Positions 48,557 through 56,680 of a stretch of 64,000 nucleotides of DNA are shown one piece after another (the first letter of the stretch is position 1; every line of letters starts with the position of its first letter). Source of the stretch: an uncultured Bacilli bacterium (GTDB lineage Bacteria > Bacillota_I > Bacilli_A > RF39 > UBA660); assembly GCA_934130175.1 (NCBI GenBank), contig CAKOXP010000007.1:6344-70343 (forward strand). Direction: 5' to 3'. The translations under genes were made by a program, and so were the position numbers. Below the pieces are notes generated by a model, which saw only the letters and a list, made by a program, of their open reading frames with translations, was not told the origin of the DNA and did not search any database.

Positions 48557-48778
48557 ATGAATTTTAATGGTCCTAAACATAAATTTTTTTGTAGATGTAA
48601 TTACTGCAAACAAAAAAGAAGAAGTAGTCTCTTCTATTTATCATTAATACTAATCTTTTTAATAATTATTTTTTATCAGGCATTAATCCTTATTTTTATC
48701 ACTACAAAACTTAATGCTATTTTATTATTCTTTGAATTTATTTTCATTTTCTTCTTGGTATTTTTCATTCTCTTTTAG
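48557..48778 (+). CDS. Possible small 2-TM protein with an N-terminal CxCxxC motif (doubtful)
   Basis: ATG preceded by AGGTGA. Its 3' end overlaps the convergent gene 48725..49636 by 54 nt. Very F/I/L-rich, as expected for random AT-rich sequence. Confidence 0.25.
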   Translation: MNFNGPKHKFFCRCNYCKQKRRSSLFYLSLILIFLIIIFYQALILIFITTKLNAILLFFEFIFIFFLVFFILF

Positions 48779-49636
48779 AATAAAATCCCTAGTTTTAGAA
48801 ACATATCTTATTAGTTTATAAGTTTCTGTACAATCTTTTAAATGATGTCTGCTAAATTTAATTTTTTCTGGTAATGATATTAATGCTAAAAAAAGTAGAT
48901 ATTCTTCGTTATTATAAAAGAATTTAGATTGGTAAAAATCAAATAAACTTGACATTTCTAGTTCTAAATAATCACTCTTATAAAAATAAATAAAATCATA
49001 AATTGGTATATCTCTTCTACATTTATTCCAGCTAATCAGTTGTTTTTTCTCATCAACAAGGAAATGTTCCAAATTTGGTTTTCCATGCAACAAAACTACT
49101 CTTTCTTTTGTTTGTTTTATTTTTAACTGATACCACTCATCTAATTTTTCTTTAGAATAATTTAGGGATGAATAGATAAGGGATACATTCCTAATTAATA
49201 AATATTCTTCTGGAGCCATATAAACTTTTTGTTCAATTATATCTTGTAAGTCATAATAATAACGATATAAATTATCTATCTTATTATTTAACTCTTCATA
49301 TAATTTTTTAGTATCATCTAAAACTACTTTTCTATAAAAAGTAGTTTTATTATGTAGTAAGCTTAAAACATTAACCAATTCTATTCCTTTTTCATCCTTA
49401 GGAATATTCATTTCATCAATATATGGAAATATATCATAGTTATCTACCATTTCTTTATCTAGCAAATAATCAAAATGCTTATTATTTAAATATTCATATA
49501 AATGATCTTCATTGGGACTATTTTTCTTTAATACAAATTTTCCTTTATCAGTATCAATTATTCTTATATTATTCTTTTCTTCATACTTTCTAATATTTAG
49601 ATCATATTTTGTACTTATTTTCTCTAAACTATTCAT
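48725..49636 (-). CDS. CotS/YsxE-like spore-coat kinase-fold protein
   Basis: 303 aa. Kinase-like fold pattern, with HGKPNLEHFLV where the family usually has an HGD...N motif. Directly follows a SpoVID-like gene, as ysxE neighbours spoVID in Bacillus. Confidence 0.5.
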   Translation of the reverse strand: MNSLEKISTKYDLNIRKYEEKNNIRIIDTDKGKFVLKKNSPNEDHLYEYLNNKHFDYLLDKEMVDNYDIFPYIDEMNIPKDEKGIELVNVLSLLHNKTTFYRKVVLDDTKKLYEELNNKIDNLYRYYYDLQDIIEQKVYMAPEEYLLIRNVSLIYSSLNYSKEKLDEWYQLKIKQTKERVVLLHGKPNLEHFLVDEKKQLISWNKCRRDIPIYDFIYFYKSDYLELEMSSLFDFYQSKFFYNNEEYLLFLALISLPEKIKFSRHHLKDCTETYKLIRYVSKTRDFILKENEKYQEENENKFKE

Positions 49637-50453
49637 TACAATTTGGTATTATTATTTTAGAACCAATTTCTAAATTACTAAGATCATTGTATTCACTCAA
49701 TTCTTCTCTTGTAACGTTGTAAGTATCTAGTATTTTTTCGATACTATCTTCTCTTCTCATAATGTAAACAGAATAGGTTGTAAATGTTTCTTCTGAATTT
49801 TCAAATACTTGGAATAAAGAACTAATATTAGTATTCTTATTTTCTTCCATTTCTTCACTTTCCTTTTTTTCTATAGTATTTAAGTTTTTATCTAACTCAG
49901 CTTCTGGCATACTAATTTCATTTTCTAGTATTTCTTCAGTTAAGTTTTTATCATTATTTTTTACAGTTACAGCTTCGTCGATTATTTCTTCTTTTTCTTC
50001 GATAATCTTATTATCATCAGTTTTTAAATCACCGTCACATTCTCTGATTAAATCAGAATCTGCTTTATCTTTGGTTTCTTTAATCTTTTCTGTTAAAGTT
50101 TCTAAATCAGTATCATCTTCTAAAACAATTTCTTCTACCCCTTCTAATAATAAATCAATATTACACTTTAAACTATCTTCTGATTCTATTTCATAATTGA
50201 AATTGTTAATAGATGTTTTTACACTAGATAAATCAAGTTTCTCAACCAAATCGATTTCTACTGGAATTTCGTAACTAAAATCTTCTACTATAGTAGAAGC
50301 CTCTGTCATTTTATAAGTACCAGAAACAATAAATTTACCTGTTGCATAGCTAGAATTTTTAAACTCTATTTGATGATCTAAAGAAATTGATGTAATTTCT
50401 CCTATCATACTAGGAAAATCTAATTTTTTTTCAAAAGATATTACTTTTTTCAT
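49629..50453 (-). CDS. SpoVID/SipL-like spore coat morphogenetic protein (N-terminal SPOCS-like domain, acidic middle, C-terminal LysM)
   Basis: ORF track runs to 50474. The ATG at 50453 has SD GAGGAG 6 nt upstream. N-terminal IGEITSISLDHQIEF...SGTY and NIDLLLEGV resemble the SpoVID N-domain. C-terminal YSVYIMRREDSIEKILDTYNVTREELSEYNDLSNLEIGSKIIIP is LysM. Confidence 0.6.
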   Translation of the reverse strand: MKKVISFEKKLDFPSMIGEITSISLDHQIEFKNSSYATGKFIVSGTYKMTEASTIVEDFSYEIPVEIDLVEKLDLSSVKTSINNFNYEIESEDSLKCNIDLLLEGVEEIVLEDDTDLETLTEKIKETKDKADSDLIRECDGDLKTDDNKIIEEKEEIIDEAVTVKNNDKNLTEEILENEISMPEAELDKNLNTIEKKESEEMEENKNTNISSLFQVFENSEETFTTYSVYIMRREDSIEKILDTYNVTREELSEYNDLSNLEIGSKIIIPNCNE

Positions 50454-50506
50454 ATTAATCTCCTCTACTTTCATTAAATAATATGAAAAAAAAAAGAATT
50501 TATTCT

Positions 50507-51148
50507 TTATTTAAGTTTTGATAAATTCCTTTTTATTGGTTTCATGAGCATTTTAATTTTTGGTTCTTCCTTACTTATTCTGTCAAATTCATTTCTTGTA
50601 AGTTCTATACAGTCTGGAAATAATTGATATAATTCTGGCATCATATAGGTAAAAAATGAGGTTGATTCTAAAAACTGACGACTATCTATCTCACTTAATT
50701 TATTATTACCATCAATTGCTTCTTGAAGTCTCGCAACTACATAGTAATCACCTTGCATAGAATCAAATAACATCTTATCTGTGTATGATAAATATCCTCT
50801 CATAGATGTTTCACCACCTAAATATTTACTGATAATATCATCTTTATCCTTAGAACATTTTAACTGATTTAAACTAACAATATGCTTATTTCTGATATCT
50901 CTTTCTTCTTTTGAATCAGCAAATTTTTCGCTAGCCAAGCTGACTATCAATTGTGTCTTATCAATGAAATCTCGTAGAAAGAAAAACTCAGGATCATTTT
51001 CTAACATATTACTTATCGTATCCATAAACTCTACACAATCTTCTTTTTTTTCAAAACCAGACACTATTTCATTTGGTGTATTTCCTATCATCAAAGCTCT
51101 AAAAAGCAAACAATTTATTTTACTTATTAGCATTTGTAATTCTTCCAT
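50507..51148 (-). CDS. Hypothetical protein (213 aa), translationally coupled to lon
   Basis: Its ATG shares one base with the lon stop (TAATG at 51150..51146). No motif recognised, and no GTPase P-loop. Confidence 0.55.
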   Translation of the reverse strand: MEELQMLISKINCLLFRALMIGNTPNEIVSGFEKKEDCVEFMDTISNMLENDPEFFFLRDFIDKTQLIVSLASEKFADSKEERDIRNKHIVSLNQLKCSKDKDDIISKYLGGETSMRGYLSYTDKMLFDSMQGDYYVVARLQEAIDGNNKLSEIDSRQFLESTSFFTYMMPELYQLFPDCIELTRNEFDRISKEEPKIKMLMKPIKRNLSKLK

Positions 51149-53448
51149 TATTTCACCCCAAACACTTCTTTATAAACATCAATGTAATTTGACACTAAAA
51201 CAAATTTCAAATTAGATTTAATTTCTTCAGGTATTTCATCTAAATCAGGTTCATTTTGTTTTGGTAAAAATACTTTTTTAATACCGGCACGAGAGGCTCC
51301 TAAAACTTTTTCTTTTAACCCTCCAATTGGAAGAACTCTACCTTGAAGAGTTAACTCCCCTGTCATAGAAATATCACCGGATACAGCTTTATTAGAAAGA
51401 ACTGATATTAAGGATGTCGCTAAAGCAATACCTGCACTTGGACCTTCTTTATTAACTGCTCCTTCTGGTAAGTGAATATGTAAATCATTTTCTTCAAATA
51501 ATTTAAAATCTATCCCAAACTCTTTAGCATTAGCTTTAATATAAGAAAGCGCTATATGAGCCGATTCTTGCATCACATCTCCTAAACTTCCAGTTAAAAT
51601 TAGTTTGCCGTTTCCTTTGTAATAGGTAACTTCTATTGGTAATATATCACCACCAAAAACAGTATAAGCCATTCCATTAACAACACCGATTTGTTTTTTA
51701 GTCTGGTTTTCTAGATATTGGTATTTCTTTTTTCCTAGGAATTCTTCTAGTAAGGTAGTAGTGATAATATATTGTGCAACATCAAATTCTGTAAGAAGTT
51801 TTTTTACTACCTTTCTTAATAATGTTGCGATTAGCCTTTCTAGTTCACGTACCCCTGCTTCTTTTGTATAATTTCTAATTATAGTTAAAATTGCTTCATC
51901 TTCAAAACTAACTTGAAGTTCAGTTAAACCATGTTCTTCTAACTGGCGAGGAATTAAATAATTTTTAGCTATATCTAGTTTTTCATATTCTGTATAACTA
52001 GAAAGTTCAATTAATTCTAGACGATCTCTTAATTCATAAGGAATTTGTTCTATATAGTTAGCAGTTGCGATAAACATAACTTTTGACAAATCAAACTCCT
52101 CTTCGATATAATGATCTGAAAACTTAGAGTTTTGTTCTGGATCTAATACTTCAAGTAGACTACTTGCAGGATCACCTTTTATATCCTTAGTCATTTTATC
52201 AATTTCATCAATTATAAATACAGGATTAGTAGTACCTGCTTTTCTAATACCTTGAATAATACGACCTGGATTTGCTCCTACATAAGTTCTACGATGTCCT
52301 ATAATTTCAGCTTCATCATTAATTCCACCAACACTTATTTTAGTAACTTTTCTGTTAATACTTTTAGCAATTGATAAAGCAAGAGAAGTTTTTCCTACTC
52401 CTGGTGGTCCAACTAGACAAATAATTGGACTACGTAAATTATTAGTATTTTGTTTTACAGCTAAGTATTCTAAAATTCTTGACTTTACATCATCAAGCCC
52501 ATAATGAGAGGCATCCAAACTACGTTTTACTTGGCTTAAATCTTCAATATCTTTAGTAAACTTATGCCAAGGCAAGTTAAGCATCCAGTCTAAATAATCT
52601 CTAATTGTACCAAGTTCTGGTGAATTAGAATTAACTGTTTCATATCTACTTATTTCTTTTTTGATACGTTCTTTTACTTTATTACTACATTTAAGTTTTG
52701 AAAGTTTATATTTTAAGTTAGCAACTTCATCTTCTTTAGTATTAACATCACCCAACTCTTTTTGGATAACTTTGATTTTCTCTCTTAAATAAAACTCTTT
52801 TTGACTATCATTTAATTCTTTTTCAACTTGATCTTCAATACTTTTTTCTAAAGCAATTACTTTCAAATCTTCATTTATATCTTCCATAATTAGTTTTGAT
52901 CTAATAATAGGATTTATCTCCAAGATATATCTTTTCTTTTTCTCATACGAAAATGGTAAGAAAGTTGAAACTAAATCGCATAAACTTCCTAAATCAGTAA
53001 TTGCTGGTATCTGGGATAAGACAGCATTACTCATATATGGAACATTATTTATATATTTTTCTATTGCTTTAACTAAAATACTACGATAAGTACTAGCTTC
53101 TTCTATATCGTAATTAAGAGGAATATCAGCTAGTTCTGCTTCATAAAAATTATCGTTATTAATATATTCTTTTACAATTACTCTTTTAATTCCTGATAGA
53201 ACTATTCTTGTTTTACCATTAGGTACATCCATCTTTAGTTTTATTTTTCCAACAACACCAACATTTGGTAATGATGTTATATTATCAACTTCATTAATAA
53301 TTGGATTAACGATAAGTATAAGTTGGTTAGATGAAGATTCTGCTACTGAAATAATTTCTCTATCATTAACACTATCACATTCAATACGTATTTCACTATT
53401 AGGAAACAAAACCATATCATGAACAAGTAAGACATTAAGTTTTTCCAA
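51148..53448 (-). CDS. lon: ATP-dependent Lon protease (LonA type)
   Basis: ORF track start GTG at 53454 lies only 1 nt from AGGAGG. TTG at 53448 is 7 nt away. Walker A GPPGVGKTS, and DGPSAG-type motif EGPSAGIA with the catalytic Ser. Confidence 0.92.
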   Translation of the reverse strand: MEKLNVLLVHDMVLFPNSEIRIECDSVNDREIISVAESSSNQLILIVNPIINEVDNITSLPNVGVVGKIKLKMDVPNGKTRIVLSGIKRVIVKEYINNDNFYEAELADIPLNYDIEEASTYRSILVKAIEKYINNVPYMSNAVLSQIPAITDLGSLCDLVSTFLPFSYEKKKRYILEINPIIRSKLIMEDINEDLKVIALEKSIEDQVEKELNDSQKEFYLREKIKVIQKELGDVNTKEDEVANLKYKLSKLKCSNKVKERIKKEISRYETVNSNSPELGTIRDYLDWMLNLPWHKFTKDIEDLSQVKRSLDASHYGLDDVKSRILEYLAVKQNTNNLRSPIICLVGPPGVGKTSLALSIAKSINRKVTKISVGGINDEAEIIGHRRTYVGANPGRIIQGIRKAGTTNPVFIIDEIDKMTKDIKGDPASSLLEVLDPEQNSKFSDHYIEEEFDLSKVMFIATANYIEQIPYELRDRLELIELSSYTEYEKLDIAKNYLIPRQLEEHGLTELQVSFEDEAILTIIRNYTKEAGVRELERLIATLLRKVVKKLLTEFDVAQYIITTTLLEEFLGKKKYQYLENQTKKQIGVVNGMAYTVFGGDILPIEVTYYKGNGKLILTGSLGDVMQESAHIALSYIKANAKEFGIDFKLFEENDLHIHLPEGAVNKEGPSAGIALATSLISVLSNKAVSGDISMTGELTLQGRVLPIGGLKEKVLGASRAGIKKVFLPKQNEPDLDEIPEEIKSNLKFVLVSNYIDVYKEVFGVK

Positions 53449-53540
53449 GGTCACACCTCCTAAAAATGATATTGCTTTTTATTATAAATTATTTTAGAAA
53501 AAATTCAAGTGAAAAGGCCTATTTTCTTCATTTAATTTCA

Positions 53541-53566
53541 AAAAAAATTCACCCTTTAAGAGTGAA
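53541..53566 (-). terminator. Terminator of tig
   Basis: On the minus strand, a 7-bp stem TTCACTC/GGGTGAA (one G-T pair) with a 5-nt loop, followed by TTTTTTTT. Confidence 0.55.
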
Positions 53567-53572
53567 CTTTTT

Positions 53573-54847
53573 CTACTTATTTAATTCTTTTAATAAATCA
53601 ATTGTTTTACGCATTTCAAGATCATATTTAATCATATCAATTCCACCAAATTGAGATAAGAATTCATCTTTAGCAACTTGATATTTCTTAGCTAATTCTT
53701 CAGCTTCTTTTTCTGCTTCTTCTTCTGTTACTTCAATTTTTTCTAATGTCATAATTTCTTCTAACATTAAACGGTAAAGTACATTAGAGTAAGCTTCTTT
53801 TTCTAATTGATTTCTTAAATCTTCCTCAGTTGATTTAGTAAATTGATAATATAAGTCAAGACTTATTCCTTGCATTCTCATTTGTTCTTCAAAACGTTTC
53901 TTTAAGCGATCAATTTCTTCATTAACCATTTCTTCTGGAATATCAACTTCAACATTTTTAGATACTTCTTCTAAAATTGCATCAATATATTTATTTTCAA
54001 CATCCATTTCTTTTTGAGCTTTGATTGATTTTTCGATTTCAGCTTCTAATTTTTCTTTAGAGTCAACTCCTTCAAGTCCTAAATCTTCAAAGAAATCTTC
54101 ATCTAATTCACGAGCCTCTTTTGTTTTAACTTCGTTAACTTTTACCTTAAATACAACAGGAGCTCCTTTTAAGTCTTTAACTCCATAGTCTTCTGGGAAA
54201 GTAACATTAATGTCTTTTTCTTCTCCTGCACTCATTCCGATTACTTGTTCTTCAAATCCTGGAATAAATGTATGAGAACCGATTTCTAGTGAATAGTTTT
54301 CTCCTTTTCCACCATCGAATGTTACTCCATCCTTAAATCCTTCAAAGTCAATAACAGCGATATCACCATTTTCAACTTTTCCTTCTTTAGTAACTAATTC
54401 TGTATATTTTTCTAATACATGAGAAAGTTCATGTTCAATTTCTTCTTTTGTAACTTTAACTTCTTCTTTTGCTACTTTTAATCCTTTATATTTCTTTACA
54501 TTAACTTCAGGTTTTGTAATAATCTTAAAAGTAAATTCTACTAATTCATCACTTAAATTCTTTAAACTTACATCAGGTTGAACCACTGGAACTAACTTAG
54601 ATTCTTCCATAGCTTTAGTATAAGCATCTTGTAATACTGTATCAGCTGCTTCTAACCACAAAGATTCTTTACCGAAATGCTTTTCATAAATATCTCTAGG
54701 TACTTTTCCTTTTCTAAATCCATCGACTTTAGCATCTTTTGATTTTACTTTGAATGCTTTGTCTAAGGCATTTTTCCATGCTTCTCCATCAATTTTTATT
54801 ACTACTTCATGTATATTTTTTTTAGTTTCTTCTTTTTTCTTTGCCAT
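53573..54847 (-). CDS. tig: Trigger factor
   Basis: 424 aa. N-terminal ribosome-binding motif DGFRKGKVPR and a central FKBP-type PPIase region (DFEGFKDGVTFDGGKGENY). SD GGAGGA. Confidence 0.92.
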   Translation of the reverse strand: MAKKKEETKKNIHEVVIKIDGEAWKNALDKAFKVKSKDAKVDGFRKGKVPRDIYEKHFGKESLWLEAADTVLQDAYTKAMEESKLVPVVQPDVSLKNLSDELVEFTFKIITKPEVNVKKYKGLKVAKEEVKVTKEEIEHELSHVLEKYTELVTKEGKVENGDIAVIDFEGFKDGVTFDGGKGENYSLEIGSHTFIPGFEEQVIGMSAGEEKDINVTFPEDYGVKDLKGAPVVFKVKVNEVKTKEARELDEDFFEDLGLEGVDSKEKLEAEIEKSIKAQKEMDVENKYIDAILEEVSKNVEVDIPEEMVNEEIDRLKKRFEEQMRMQGISLDLYYQFTKSTEEDLRNQLEKEAYSNVLYRLMLEEIMTLEKIEVTEEEAEKEAEELAKKYQVAKDEFLSQFGGIDMIKYDLEMRKTIDLLKELNK

Positions 54848-54904
54848 ATATATTCCTCCAACACGTTATATTATAACGTATATTTCTATTTAAAACAACC
54901 AAAA

Positions 54905-54937
54905 TTTTGAAAATTATAAAGTTTTGAAAATTATAAA
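54905..54937. repeat. Tandem direct duplication of TTTTGAAAATTATAAA (period 17)
   Basis: Copies at 54905..54920 and 54922..54937 are identical. On the minus strand each carries TATAAT, 58 and 75 nt upstream of tig. Confidence 0.8.
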
Positions 54938-54997
54938 AAATCAAATAAAGTTTTTTACGTATATGCTGAAAAGAAAAATAATCAATCTACTCTAAAT

Positions 54998-55525
54998 ATG
55001 ATTGAATATGCAGTTAGATATACTGGTAAACCTGCTATTGCTGAATCTAGAATTATAGACTATGATGGTAAATATGTTACTTTTTGGTATCAAAGACATG
55101 AAGATAATAAACTAGTTAAAGAACGTGTTCATATATATGAATTCTTTAAACATCTTATTATTCACATTCCCGATGAAAATTTCAAAACTGTACGTTATTA
55201 TGGTATTTATTCCAAAAAACACAAATTTCATAATAAAATGATTATGTTAATTAAATCTCAAACTCATAAATTAAGAAATCAACTTAATTCTTGAAGAATG
55301 TTGATTATAAAAGATTTCGATATAGGCCATCTAATATGTCCTAAATGTAAAGTGGAATTTGAAGTACCACTGGAAATGGTATTAGAATTTGAACAAGAAG
55401 ATGCTTTTGATGGTCTACCAATTTCTACTCCACCATATACAATCTTTCCTAAATGTCAACACAATAAATGTGTTCCATTAGACTGTAAATCAAAAAGAGG
55501 TTACCACTATAAATACGAAAAATAA
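54998..55525 (+). pseudogene. 5'-truncated remnant of an IS91-family (HUH-Y2) transposase gene with one in-frame TGA
   Basis: Begins at the Y-x-x-x-Y motif (YAVRY) and contains VRYYGIYSKKHK. The two track ORFs (54998..55294 and 55298..55525) are in the same frame, separated only by TGA at 55292..55294. The read-through gives NS-x-RMLIIKDFDIGHLICPKCK. The HUH and N-terminal zinc-binding parts are absent. Confidence 0.6.
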
Positions 55526-55624
55526 TTATTTATTTTAATTCAAAATTCATATAATATGAGTTGTTTTTGAAGTTGACAAATGTCTACTTCTTTCTGTTCT
55601 TAGTAAGGAGAAAATTTCTTAAAA

Positions 55625-55654
55625 CAAAAAAATCAGACCCTATCTTGTCTGATT
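55625..55654 (-). terminator. Terminator of the nrdD-nrdG-dut operon
   Basis: 8-bp stem AATCAGAC/GTCTGATT. Seven T follow on the minus strand. Confidence 0.7.
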
Positions 55655-55669
55655 ATTACAATTTCTTAG

Positions 55670-56128
55670 TTACTTGCTAGTTGAACCAAATCCACCTTGA
55701 CGAATACCTTCACTACTATCATCATCAACTGTTAGGTATTTAGCAAATACACCTTGTCCTATAGCGTCACCTTTTTTGATTTCAACATCTTCATCTTTGA
55801 TATTAAAGAATGCAAACATAATATGTCCATCATTATCTGGATTACCATAATAGTCTTTATCAACAACTCCAACACTGTTTGCTAAAACAAGACCTTTTTT
55901 ACCTGGATTAGAACTTCTATTGTATAAATATAAAACTTCATCATCCATCATATAAGCTTTAATTCCTGTTTTTACTAATGTTGGTTTCATTCCTGGTATA
56001 AATTTTGGAATAACGATATCTTCAGCTGACTCAATATCATATCCTGCAGAAAACTTTGTTTTTCTTTCAGGTAAGTTAATATTTTTGTCTTCAAAACCTT
56101 TAGCTACTTCAAATCCTCTACTACGCAT
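55670..56128 (-). CDS. dut: dUTP diphosphatase (trimeric dUTPase)
   Basis: 152 aa. Motifs AGYDI, NSVGVVDKDYYGN, GQGVF and RQGGFGSTS. Overlaps nrdG by 8 nt. Confidence 0.85.
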   Translation of the reverse strand: MRSRGFEVAKGFEDKNINLPERKTKFSAGYDIESAEDIVIPKFIPGMKPTLVKTGIKAYMMDDEVLYLYNRSSNPGKKGLVLANSVGVVDKDYYGNPDNDGHIMFAFFNIKDEDVEIKKGDAIGQGVFAKYLTVDDDSSEGIRQGGFGSTSK

Positions 56129-56669
56129 ATACTTTTTCTCCTTCTTTTACTATTTCATACTCTACTACTTCTTTTGCTTTTAAACTCTTTTGGACATCTA
56201 TAATTCTTTGATTAGAACTACCCCTAAAATAAAGTGTTCTATTTAATAAACTCTCTATAAATCTACCATCAACTATTACATCAATATAAGATAAAAATTC
56301 TCTTGTAAAATCATTATTTTTCATCATATCATCCATAATTTCTTTATCAAATAAATAACCTGTATAACACCAAATCTTCTTTTCTGGATGACGTTCTTTA
56401 GCCTTTTTTAATAATGGAATTAAACCTTTTTGATTATCTGGCCACATTGGTTCTCCGCCTAATAATGAAAGCCCATTAATAAAGTCATTATCTAAAAATT
56501 CAAGAATATCTTCTTCTTCTTTTTCTGTAAAAACCTCACCATAGTTATAATCCCATGCTTCTTTATTAAAGCAATTTTTACAGTGATGTGGACATCCACT
56601 AACGAAAAGGGAAACTCTTACCCCTTCTCCGTTAGCAATATCAAATTTTTTTATTGATGCATAGTGCAT
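56121..56669 (-). CDS. nrdG: Anaerobic ribonucleoside-triphosphate reductase activating protein (radical SAM)
   Basis: 182 aa. DIANGEGVRVSLFVSGCPHHCKNCFN motif. SD AGGAGG. Confidence 0.9.
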   Translation of the reverse strand: MHYASIKKFDIANGEGVRVSLFVSGCPHHCKNCFNKEAWDYNYGEVFTEKEEEDILEFLDNDFINGLSLLGGEPMWPDNQKGLIPLLKKAKERHPEKKIWCYTGYLFDKEIMDDMMKNNDFTREFLSYIDVIVDGRFIESLLNRTLYFRGSSNQRIIDVQKSLKAKEVVEYEIVKEGEKVYA

Positions 56670-56680
56670 AGTTACACCTC

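Noticed and set aside
50486-50508. Hairpin AGAAT/ATTCT with a long A-run, as a terminator between the 213-aa gene and the SpoVID-like gene.
   Set aside because: The stem is only 4-5 bp, with a loop too small to form. It is not credible as an intrinsic terminator, so the genes may be cotranscribed.
53455-53572. Search for a second CIRCE element or a CtsR box upstream of lon.
   Set aside because: This region contains only a plain TTGAAT, 17 nt, TATAAT promoter and the tig terminator. No TTAGCACTC or GGTCAAA-type repeat is present.
55292-55294. Idea that the in-frame TGA in the transposase remnant means the organism uses genetic code 4 (TGA = Trp).
   Set aside because: TGA clearly functions as a stop in host genes. 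One example is the GH5 gene, which ends in the ATGA overlap with add at 40668..40671, where the protein ends at the expected point of the family. Long housekeeping ORFs also contain no internal TGA. A TGG to TGA decay mutation in a dead IS is the simpler explanation.
55560-55625. TTGACA and AAGGAG motifs downstream of the IS remnant as a promoter and RBS for an unannotated small gene.
   Set aside because: No acceptable -10 lies at the right spacing, and no start codon follows the AAGGAG. The motifs are more likely residual sequence from the decayed element or from a destroyed gene.
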